From the NCBI RefSeq assembly GCF_001457595.1, contig NZ_LN831039.1:5130001-5162000 (forward strand): 32,000 bases of DNA. The letters run 5' to 3'. Position numbers and translations under genes: made by a program. Below are positions 17,769-26,717 of the stretch, in pieces. Numbering within the stretch: the first letter of the stretch is position 1; each line of letters starts with the position of its first letter. Under the pieces are notes generated by a model, which made no database searches, was not told the origin of the DNA, and was given only the letters and a program-made list of their open reading frames with translations. The DNA comes from Mycolicibacterium smegmatis. GTDB lineage: Bacteria > Actinomycetota > Actinomycetes > Mycobacteriales > Mycobacteriaceae.

Positions 17769-18824
17769 GATCACCACCAGGAGCGGCCCACTGCTGCTCA
17801 TCCTGTTCGCCGCGCTGATGGCCGGTGCGGGTAACGGCATCTCGATAGTCGCGTTCCCCTGGTTGGTGTTGCAGCGCAACGGATCCGCGGTCGACGCGTC
17901 GATCGTCGCGATGGCGGGCACGCTGCCACTGTTGGTCGCCACACTGATCGCCGGTGCCGCGGTCGACTATCTGGGCCGCAGGGGCCGATCAACGTCGCGG
18001 TGCTCGCGGTGCTCGCCGCTTTCGGTGCGTTCTTCGATCCGGCGGGGATGACGGCGCGCGAGACCATGCTGCCCGAGGCGGCCGGCCGCGCGGGGTGGAC
18101 GCTGGACCACGCCAACTCGGTGTACGAGGCGGTGTTCAACCTCGCCTACATCGTGGGCCCCGGCGTGGGAGGTCTGTTGATCGCCACGGTCGGGGGCATC
18201 AACACGATGTGGGTGACCGCGGCCGCGTTCGTGTGCTCGATCGTGGCGATCTCGGTGTTGCGGCTGGAGGGTGCTGGCAGGCCCGACCGGGCGCAGCTGC
18301 CCGAAGGCGTGTGGGCCGGTGTGGTCGAGGGACTGCAATTCGTCTGGCGCACACCGGTTCTGCGCACGCTGGCCATCGTGGACCTGGTGGCGACGGGCCT
18401 GTACATGCCGATGGAGAGTGTGCTGTTCCCCAAGTACTTCACCGACCGCGACCAACCCGTCGAACTGGGCTGGGTGCTGATGGCGCTGAGCATCGGCGGT
18501 CTGGTGGGCGCCCTCGGGTACGCGGTGCTGTCGAAATACGTGAGCCGGCGCGCCACGATGCTCACCGCGGTGCTCACCCTGGGCGTCGCGATGACCGTGA
18601 TCGCGTTCCTGCCGCCGCTGCCGTTGATCCTGGCGCTGTGCGCGGTGGTCGGCGTGATGGGATCGCTGGCCTACGCTGCGGGTCCGCTGGGGCTGATCCT
18701 GGCCGGTCCCCTGGCCGACGCGGCCGGTCTGCACGCGACGTTCCTGGCGTTGTCGGTGCCGATGCTGGTGCTGGGACTCGTCTCGGTCGGGATGCCCGCG
18801 CTTCGCGAACTGGACCGTGCCTAA
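17767..18824 (+). pseudogene. tap: Tap-like MFS efflux transporter, frameshifted and internally deleted
   Basis: N-terminal frame [36 protein letters not shown]...DYLGRR continues in another frame from about 17985 (INVAVLAVLAAFGAFFDPAGMTARETMLPEAAGRAGW...). A second apparent in-frame deletion is at about 18645-18655. Position next to udgB matches Rv1258c/Rv1259. Confidence 0.75.
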
Positions 18825-19471
18825 ACCCGCACACGCGGCGGCGCGAACGCCTTCGCGAGGCGCCTGACGGCGCGGGCATCGCCGTCGATGGTCAGCAGGC
18901 CCGCTGCCACCAGGTTCTCGACCTGACCGGGATCCATGGCGGCCGCGAGCACCTCGGCCGCGCCGGTCAGGGTGACGTCCACGTCGGCCTCGTCGTCGAG
19001 GGATTCGACTGTGTGCTCGTTGATCTCGACGGCCGCCTGCCCTTCGGGTGTCACCATGCGCACCGTCACGGGCGGGCCGGTGCGGTCGTCGCGGACATAG
19101 GCGCGCACCGCGCGGACGAGCCATTCGGGCCGCACAGTCTCCTTGCGGTCGCGGTTCGCCAGCAGGTGGCGGCCCCAGCGCGCGAAGGCGTTGATGACGT
19201 CCTCGAGCGCACGGCCGTCGGCGGTGAGTGCGTAGACCGTGGTGGCCGAGGGCCTGGGCATGGCTCGTTTGTGAACCAGGTTGTTGGCCTCCAGATCCCG
19301 CAGACGACCGGCCAGCACATCGGTCGCGATGGGGCTCAGCGCGCTCAGCAGATCGCCGTAGCGGCGCGGGCCGTCGAGCAGTTCGCGGACCACCAGCAGG
19401 GTCCACCGGTCGCCGACCAGGTCAAGGCTCTTGGCCAGCGCGCAGTACTGACCGTACGAACGTGACGCCAT
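18821..19471 (-). CDS. HxlR-family transcriptional regulator with C-terminal SCP2-like domain
   Basis: HTH: LAKSLDLVGDRWTLLVVRELLDGPRRYGDLLSALSPIATDVLAGRLRDLEANNLV; C-terminal region resembles SCP2 sterol-transfer-like domains. Confidence 0.87.
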   Translation of the reverse strand: MASRSYGQYCALAKSLDLVGDRWTLLVVRELLDGPRRYGDLLSALSPIATDVLAGRLRDLEANNLVHKRAMPRPSATTVYALTADGRALEDVINAFARWGRHLLANRDRKETVRPEWLVRAVRAYVRDDRTGPPVTVRMVTPEGQAAVEINEHTVESLDDEADVDVTLTGAAEVLAAAMDPGQVENLVAAGLLTIDGDARAVRRLAKAFAPPRVRV

Positions 19472-19490
19472 ACCACCACTTTAATAGCTG

Positions 19491-19527
19491 ATTGGTTTTT
19501 CCAATTTCGTACTTGTTTTTTCCAAGT
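19491..19527. promoter_or_regulatory. Tandem operator candidate in the hxlR/DinB-like divergent region
   Basis: ATTGG-TTTTT-CCAAT and ACTTG-N7-CAAGT, with TTTTTCCAA directly repeated at 21-bp spacing (19496 and 19517). Confidence 0.6.
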
Positions 19528-19547
19528 AGCGGGTTTAGCGTCACGAC

Positions 19548-20234
19548 ATGACGCTCTCCGAACTCCTCGACGCGGCGACCGCGGAACTGCGGGCGTTCGC
19601 CGACGTGCTCGACGGCATCGAGCACCGACACCTGCCCACCCCATGCGCCGGATGGACCGTCCGCGACCTGGCGGCCCACGTGGCCGTCGGCGCCTACCGC
19701 AATGCCGAGGCCACCCACCGCGCCCGCATCGGATCCCTTTCGCCGCCAGGCGGACTCGAACTCGGCGACGCCGATCCCGTCACGGTCATCCGGCAGGCGA
19801 GCGACCACATGCACGCGGCGTTCGCCGCGACCGAGAACTGGCCGCCCATCCCCTTGCCGTTCGGCACCTACCCCGTCGACATCGCGCTGGGTTGCCTGAT
19901 CATCGAATACGGCACGCACCTGGCCGACCTGAAAGCCGCGGCCGGACTTGTCGATTCAGCACTGTCCGAGGCGACCAGAGCGGCCCTGTTCGACTTCGGC
20001 GAGCGGTACCTGCTGCTGCAGGCCGAACCGCTGGACAGCGACCCGGTCACCCTCACGCTCGCGGCGCCTGCGAAGACCATGTCGATCACCTGGACCGGCG
20101 ACGGTTGGGCCGAAGGCGCTCACTCCGACAATGAGCACCGCGTCGACGGCGACGACGAAACCATCGCGCGTCTGATGCTGCGCCGACTGCCCGACGAGGA
20201 CTCGCTGGTGGCCGCAGCGATCCGCCCGCTGTAG
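19548..20234 (+). CDS. TIGR03086-like metal-binding / maleylpyruvate isomerase-type DinB-fold protein
   Basis: LPTPCAGWTVRDLAAHVAVGAYRNA motif typical of the family. Confidence 0.85.
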   Translation: MTLSELLDAATAELRAFADVLDGIEHRHLPTPCAGWTVRDLAAHVAVGAYRNAEATHRARIGSLSPPGGLELGDADPVTVIRQASDHMHAAFAATENWPPIPLPFGTYPVDIALGCLIIEYGTHLADLKAAAGLVDSALSEATRAALFDFGERYLLLQAEPLDSDPVTLTLAAPAKTMSITWTGDGWAEGAHSDNEHRVDGDDETIARLMLRRLPDEDSLVAAAIRPL

Positions 20235-20244
20235 AGGAACGTCC

Positions 20245-20727
20245 ATGATCACAACCACTCTCGTCGGCATCGACGCGGTGCCCGCCTTCGAGCATTTGCT
20301 CGACATCCGCATCGCGTTCACCGACGTGCACATCTTCAACACGCCGACCGGCATGCGGCTGACCTACGTCATCGACCACGGCCGCTGCGTCGGCCCGCGC
20401 ATCGCCGCGGACGTGCTGCCCGGCGGCGGGGACTGGGTGGTGTTCGGCTCCGACCGGGTCGCTCGACTGGACGTGCGCGCCACGCTGCGCACCGACGACG
20501 GCGCACTGATCCACCTCACCAACACCGGCCGCGTCCAGATGGACAAGCAGGCCTCCGACCGGTTGATGGCCGGTGAACTCATCGGCCACGAACAGATGCA
20601 CGCGCGGTCCAGTCCGCTGTTCGAGACCGACGACGAGCGGTACCGCTGGCTCAATGCCACCCACACCGTGGCGCTTCACCAGCTGTCTCTTTCTGAGGTG
20701 CAGTATCGGGTCTTCGCCGTGCGGTGA
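20245..20727 (+). CDS. DUF3237 family protein
   Basis: GPRIAADVLPGGGDWVVFGSDRVARLDVRATLRTDDGALIHLTNTGR typical of DUF3237. Confidence 0.78.
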   Translation: MITTTLVGIDAVPAFEHLLDIRIAFTDVHIFNTPTGMRLTYVIDHGRCVGPRIAADVLPGGGDWVVFGSDRVARLDVRATLRTDDGALIHLTNTGRVQMDKQASDRLMAGELIGHEQMHARSSPLFETDDERYRWLNATHTVALHQLSLSEVQYRVFAVR

Positions 20728-20745
20728 ACCTCGTAGCATCGAACC

Positions 20746-22109
<1,364 letters not shown>

Positions 22110-22113
<4 letters not shown>

Positions 22114-22979
22114 CCTGCGCCGAGCAGGAACAGCAGCCGGTCTGTTCGCCAGAAGATCAGTGCGGCGAACAGCATCGCGAACGCGACCGTCACCCCTGCC
22201 GCGGTGGCGGTGCGCCGCTCGCGTGGGGCATACACGAACGCCGATGCCACCAGCGCACCCGTGACCAGGCCGCCGATGTGGCCCTGCCAGCTGATCGCGG
22301 TTCCCAAAGCGGGGCCGACGAACGTGAACACCAGGTTGATCACGACGATCACGCCGATCGCGCGCACGTCGAGGTTGAGGTGGCGGGCCACCACGAAGAT
22401 CGCGCCGAACAGGCCGAAGATGGCGCCCGACGCGCCTGCCGTCGCGGAGTTCAACGGCGAGAGCATGTACACCAGCACCGAGCCGCCGAGTCCGCTCAGT
22501 GCGTACAGCACGCCGAATCGCGTCAGCCCCAACCATTTTTCGAGGGGCGGGCCCACGACGTAGAGCGCCCACATGTTGAACAGCAGGTGCATCGCGCCGT
22601 AGTGCAGGAACATCGACGTGACCAGCCGGTAGTACTCGTCGTGCAGCGCGAGCGCCGGCGGCCACAGCGTCAGCCGCGATTCCAGGTCGCCTCCGGCGAT
22701 CTGCAGCACGAACATCAGCACGTTGACCGCGATGAGCGTGTAGGTGAGCACCGGGGCACCCTCGCGGACCTTGCCGCCGAACCGGGTGCGCGGCTCCGGC
22801 ACCGTGCGTGCGGCCGCGTTGACGCAGTCCACGCACTGGTGGCCGACGGCGGCCGTGCGCATGCACTCCGGGCAGATGAAGCGGTGGCAACGCGTGCAGC
22901 TGACGTAGGTCGGCCGGTCCGGATGCCGATAACACGTCGGGACCTGCGCAGGCGGTGGCGGCGGGTACGGGGTGCTCAC
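22110..22979 (-). CDS. Rhomboid family intramembrane serine protease with N-terminal Cys/His zinc-ribbon-like domain
   Basis: CYRHPDRPTYVSCTRCHRFICPECMRTAAVGHQCVDCV, then rhomboid core HLLFNMWALYVVGPPLE-like segment (sequence reads HLLFNMWALYVVGPPLEKWLG), GASGAIFG active serine and GHIGGLVTG. GTG start at 22979. Confidence 0.9.
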
Positions 22980-23008
22980 CGCGCCGAGCCTAGTGCGCAA
23001 CGTGGCAT

Positions 23009-23031
23009 TGACACATCAGTGGCCTGTGTCA
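23009..23031. promoter_or_regulatory. Operator candidate TGACACA-N9-TGTGTCA overlapping a consensus -35 (TTGACA)
   Basis: TTGACA at 23008-23013; perfect 7-bp inverted repeat; cyp130-like ATG at 23044. Confidence 0.6.
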
Positions 23032-23043
23032 TACGAATAAGAC

Positions 23044-24264
23044 ATGGGAGCTGATTTGTCTCACCCGGCCGTCGCGTTCGAGCTCGCGAACGCCGACACA
23101 TGGGCCGACCCGTGGGACATGTACACCGCGCTGCGCGACCACGATCCCGTGCACCACGTCGTCCCGCCCGAACGCCCGCACCACGACTACTTCGTGCTGA
23201 GCCGCCACGCCGACATCTGGGCCGCCGCGCGCGATCACGAGACGTACTCGTCGGCGCAGGGGCTCACGGTCAACTACGGCGAGCTGGAGCTGATCGGCCT
23301 CGCGGACAATCCGCCGTTCGTCATGCAGGACCCGCCCACGCACACCGAGTTCCGCAAGCTCGTGTCGCGCGGGTTCACCCCGCGTCAGGTCGAGGCCGTC
23401 GAGCCGCAAGTCCGCGAGTTCGTGGTGGAACGTCTCGAACGGTTGCGCGCCGAAGGCGGCGGCGACATCGTCGCCGAATTGTTCAAGCCGTTGCCGTCGA
23501 TGGTGGTCGCGCACTACCTGGGCGTGCCCGAGGCCGACCGTGCGCAGTTCGACGGCTGGACCGAGGCCATCGTCGCGGCCAACAGCGAGGCGGGCTCGGC
23601 CCTGGGCGCCGGTGACGCGGTGATGTCGATGACGGGTTACTTCGCCGAGCTCATCGAGCGGCGCCGCCGCGAACCGGGCGACGACACCATCTCGCATCTG
23701 GTGGCCGCCGGTGCCGACGATGAGGCGGTGGACGTGCTGTCCATCCTCGCGTTCACGTTCACGATGGTCACCGGCGGCAACGACACCACCACCGGAATGC
23801 TCGGCGGCGCAGTACAACTGCTGCAGCAGCATCCCGATCAGCGGCGTGTGCTCACCGACGATCCGGATCTGATCCCCGACGCCGTCGACGAGTTCCTGCG
23901 GCTCACCTCCCCCGTTCAGGGCCTGGCGCGCACCGCCACACGCGACGTCACGATCGGTGACACCACGATCCCGGCCGGGCGCAAGGTGTTGCTGCTGTAC
24001 GGCTCGGGCAACCGGGACGAGCGCGAATTCGGCCCGGACGCCGCCCAACTCGACGTCCGCCGCAGGCCACGCAACATCCTGACGTTCAGCCACGGCGCAC
24101 ATTTCTGCCTCGGTGCGGCCGCCGCGCGCATGCAGTCGCGGGTGGCGCTGACCGAACTGCTCACGCGCTGCCCGGATTTCACGGTCGACCTCGACGCCGT
24201 GGTGTGGGCGGGCGGCAGCTACGTGCGTCGCCCGCTTTCGGTGCCGTTCCGAGCCGGTGCGTGA
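23044..24264 (+). CDS. cyp130: Cytochrome P450, CYP130-like
   Basis: GGNDTTTGMLGG I-helix, EFLR ExxR-like region, heme-binding FSHGAHFCLGAAAARMQ; adjacent TetR gene and oxidase match the Rv1255c-Rv1257c order. Confidence 0.88.
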   Translation: MGADLSHPAVAFELANADTWADPWDMYTALRDHDPVHHVVPPERPHHDYFVLSRHADIWAAARDHETYSSAQGLTVNYGELELIGLADNPPFVMQDPPTHTEFRKLVSRGFTPRQVEAVEPQVREFVVERLERLRAEGGGDIVAELFKPLPSMVVAHYLGVPEADRAQFDGWTEAIVAANSEAGSALGAGDAVMSMTGYFAELIERRRREPGDDTISHLVAAGADDEAVDVLSILAFTFTMVTGGNDTTTGMLGGAVQLLQQHPDQRRVLTDDPDLIPDAVDEFLRLTSPVQGLARTATRDVTIGDTTIPAGRKVLLLYGSGNRDEREFGPDAAQLDVRRRPRNILTFSHGAHFCLGAAAARMQSRVALTELLTRCPDFTVDLDAVVWAGGSYVRRPLSVPFRAGA

Positions 24265-24851
24265 TGGCGGACTGGCTGGCCGGGCGGCGCGGCGAGGTGG
24301 CGGCCGATCTGATCCTCGACGCGGCCGACGCACTGTTCGCGCGTAAGGACGCCGCGACCGTCGGCATGCACGAGATCGCCGCTGCCGCAGGATGTTCACG
24401 CGCGACGCTGTACCGGTACTTCGAGAACCGCGACGCCCTCTACACCGCCTACGTGCACCGCGAGGCACGTCGCGTCTACCAGGAGGTCAGCGATCAGGTT
24501 GTCGGCATCGGCGATCCGGCCGAGCGGCTCATGGAGGGCGTGATCACCGCGCTGCGGGCCGTGCGGTGCAGTCCGGCGCTGTCGTCGTGGTTCGCCGCAA
24601 CCCAACGCCCGATCGGCGGCGAGATGGCCGAGCATTCCGAGGTGATCCGCGCGCTCGTCGAAGGGTTCGTGCGCTCTCTGGGCTCCCCCACCGACGCAGA
24701 CGACGACGCCGCTGTGGGCCGCCGGGCGCGGTGGCTCGTGCGGGTCATGGTGTCGCTGCTGGTGTTTCCCGGAGTCGACGAGGCCGACGAGCGCACGATG
24801 CTGGCCGATTTCGTCGCACCGCTGGTGGTGGGCGCTCAGGCCGCCCAGTAG
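24264..24851 (+). CDS. TetR family transcriptional regulator (Rv1255c-like)
   Basis: ILDAADALFARKDAATVGMHEIAAAAGCSRATLYRYFENRDALY HTH; start codon overlaps the cyp130-like stop. Confidence 0.9.
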   Translation: MADWLAGRRGEVAADLILDAADALFARKDAATVGMHEIAAAAGCSRATLYRYFENRDALYTAYVHREARRVYQEVSDQVVGIGDPAERLMEGVITALRAVRCSPALSSWFAATQRPIGGEMAEHSEVIRALVEGFVRSLGSPTDADDDAAVGRRARWLVRVMVSLLVFPGVDEADERTMLADFVAPLVVGAQAAQ

Positions 24852-25513
24852 GCCTGCGCCTTTATCGAGCGGCGCGGGATGCCGTACCGCTCGCGGAACA
24901 CACGGGCGACCGCGCGCGTCGTGCGGTTGTTGCACGCGACCCAGCCGAAGTGGCCGGCGGCGTCGAACGCCGATGATTCCACAGCCCGCACCAGATCCTC
25001 GTCGTCGCCGGCCACCCACGTGAGGTCGACGTCGCCCGCGACCGGCAGGTCACGGTCGTCGTCGTGGCGGGCCTCGAGGAACACCCGTGCGGGAATGTCG
25101 TCGTCGATGGCTTCGAGCAACGTGTTGATCGCGGGCAGTGACGCGGTGTCTCCGACGATCACGTAGCCGGCCGGACGCGGCTGCGGCAACTGGAAGTCGC
25201 CGCCGGGCACCGTCACCTGCAGGACGTCACCGGCCTTCGCGGCAGCGGCCCAACGGCTGGCCGGGCCCTCGTGCATCGCGAAGTCGATGTCGACCGTGCC
25301 CGCCGCGACGTCGGCGTTGAGCAGTGCGTAACCGCGCTGGTGCAGCTGCTGTCCGTCGGGGAACCAGCCGCGTACGCACATCGTCGGCTGCAGGCGCCGC
25401 TCGGCGAGCAGGGCCGGGGCCGAGAAGTGCAGACGCAGGTAGTGGCGTGTGAGCTCGGTCCGTCCGGTCACCGTCAACTCGTAGTCGCCGCCGAGCCACG
25501 ACCGCTGTTCCAT
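24836..25513 (-). CDS. Siderophore-interacting protein (FAD-binding ferric-siderophore reductase family)
   Basis: LTRHYLRLHF, RGYALLNADVAAGTVDIDFAMHE-GPASRWA, GDTASLPAINTLLEAI motifs. Confidence 0.88.
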   Translation of the reverse strand: MEQRSWLGGDYELTVTGRTELTRHYLRLHFSAPALLAERRLQPTMCVRGWFPDGQQLHQRGYALLNADVAAGTVDIDFAMHEGPASRWAAAAKAGDVLQVTVPGGDFQLPQPRPAGYVIVGDTASLPAINTLLEAIDDDIPARVFLEARHDDDRDLPVAGDVDLTWVAGDDEDLVRAVESSAFDAAGHFGWVACNNRTTRAVARVFRERYGIPRRSIKAQAYWAA

Positions 25514-25532
25514 CTCCTGTCACCCCTTCAAG

Positions 25533-25559
25533 ACGCTTACTAAGGTAAGCGTACCCTTA
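25533..25559. promoter_or_regulatory. IdeR-box-like / palindromic operator upstream of the siderophore-interacting protein gene
   Basis: 25541-25559 TAAGGTAAGCGTACCCTTA matches the IdeR consensus TTAGGTTAGGCTAACCTAA at 13/19 (14/19 on the other strand). 25533-25552 is a perfect palindrome ACGCTTAC-TAAG-GTAAGCGT. Confidence 0.6.
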
Positions 25560-25568
25560 CCCACAAGA

Positions 25569-26717
25569 TCAGGAGCGGACGCGCGTGAACCTGTGCAGCA
25601 GCCACGAGGCCGGGATGGTGAACGCCATCGTCAGCACGAAAAGGTTGAACATCGAACCCGTGTAGACCGGCGACTGCAGGATCTCCACCATCACCAGTTC
25701 CATGATGATCAGGTGGATCAGGAAGATCTCGTAGGAGATCTCGCCAAGGAACACCATCGGCCGGCTCGCGAGAAACCGCGTGTACCAGCCCCGGTCCCCC
25801 AGCGCGGGCGGCGCCACCAGCAGCGCCGCGATCACCGCGTAGAACGCGGTCTTGAACAGGGCCTCACTGAGCTTGGCGGGTGACGTCGTGGGCTCGCCGG
25901 CGATCGGCGTCGACGCGATGAAGTAACACACCAGCGCCAGCGGCACACACACCATCGCGTAGCCGCGCACCTTCAACTGGCCCAGCACCGCGAGCATCAT
26001 GCCCGCCACGAACCACGCCAGATACGTCGGCAACCACAGGCGCGCGCCGTCGGGCAGATCGGCGCCGTGATGGTGCACGATCACCAGCCACACCGGCGAC
26101 ACCGCGGCCGCGACCACCAGGCCCGTCATCAGCAGACCCGGACGCCACCGCCGCCGGCACAGCAGCACCAGCAGCACATAGGCCAAAAGCGGCAGCACCA
26201 CGTAGAACGCGGCCTCCACGGCCAGGCTCCACATCTGCGTCAGCCCCTGGTGCAGGAACGAGTACAGGTAGTTGTCCGCATAGATCTGCGTCAGCGTGAG
26301 ATTGCGGAACAAGCCCTCCCACGTGTGCCCGGGATTCGGGCCCGCCGTGCGGAAGTGGTAGACGAGGTAGGCGATCAGCACCGTGACGACGTACGCGGGC
26401 ATGATGCGCCGCACCCGGTGCCACGCGTAGCGGCGCACCGACGGGGCGGGCGCACCCGTGGCGGCGGCCTTGACCCACGGCCGGAACAACAGGAACCCGC
26501 TGAGCACGAAGAAGATCGGCACGCCGATCTCGGCGCGCGACCACACCAGGCCCAGATAGCCCTGCGGGTACTTGCCCGTCGTGTACGCCGCGTGCGTCAG
26601 CACCACGAGCAGCGCAGCCAGCGCGCGGATCCCGGTGAGGGAACCCACGCGCTCAGGAGCGCCAACCGACTCCAGCCCGCCCTGCGCGGGATCCTGAACA
26701 CTGCCCGAAAGCGTCAC
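25569..26717 (-). CDS. Acyltransferase family 3 membrane protein (Rv1254-like)
   Basis: LTGIRALAALLVVLTHAAY...GVPIFFVLSGFLLFRPW; multiple TM segments; GTG start overlaps the deaD-like stop. Confidence 0.9.
   Translation of the reverse strand: MTLSGSVQDPAQGGLESVGAPERVGSLTGIRALAALLVVLTHAAYTTGKYPQGYLGLVWSRAEIGVPIFFVLSGFLLFRPWVKAAATGAPAPSVRRYAWHRVRRIMPAYVVTVLIAYLVYHFRTAGPNPGHTWEGLFRNLTLTQIYADNYLYSFLHQGLTQMWSLAVEAAFYVVLPLLAYVLLVLLCRRRWRPGLLMTGLVVAAAVSPVWLVIVHHHGADLPDGARLWLPTYLAWFVAGMMLAVLGQLKVRGYAMVCVPLALVCYFIASTPIAGEPTTSPAKLSEALFKTAFYAVIAALLVAPPALGDRGWYTRFLASRPMVFLGEISYEIFLIHLIIMELVMVEILQSPVYTGSMFNLFVLTMAFTIPASWLLHRFTRVRS

Noticed and set aside
17980-17995. Programmed -1 frameshift in the transporter gene
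   Set aside because: GCAGGGGCC does not form a canonical X-XXY-YYZ slippery site, and a frameshift alone would not restore the apparently missing segments; decay or sequence error is more likely.
17954-19465. 503-aa + strand ORF and the 479-aa minus ORF over the tap-like/hxlR region
   Set aside because: Arg/Gly/Ala-rich translations without domains; the correct frames show transporter and HxlR sequence.
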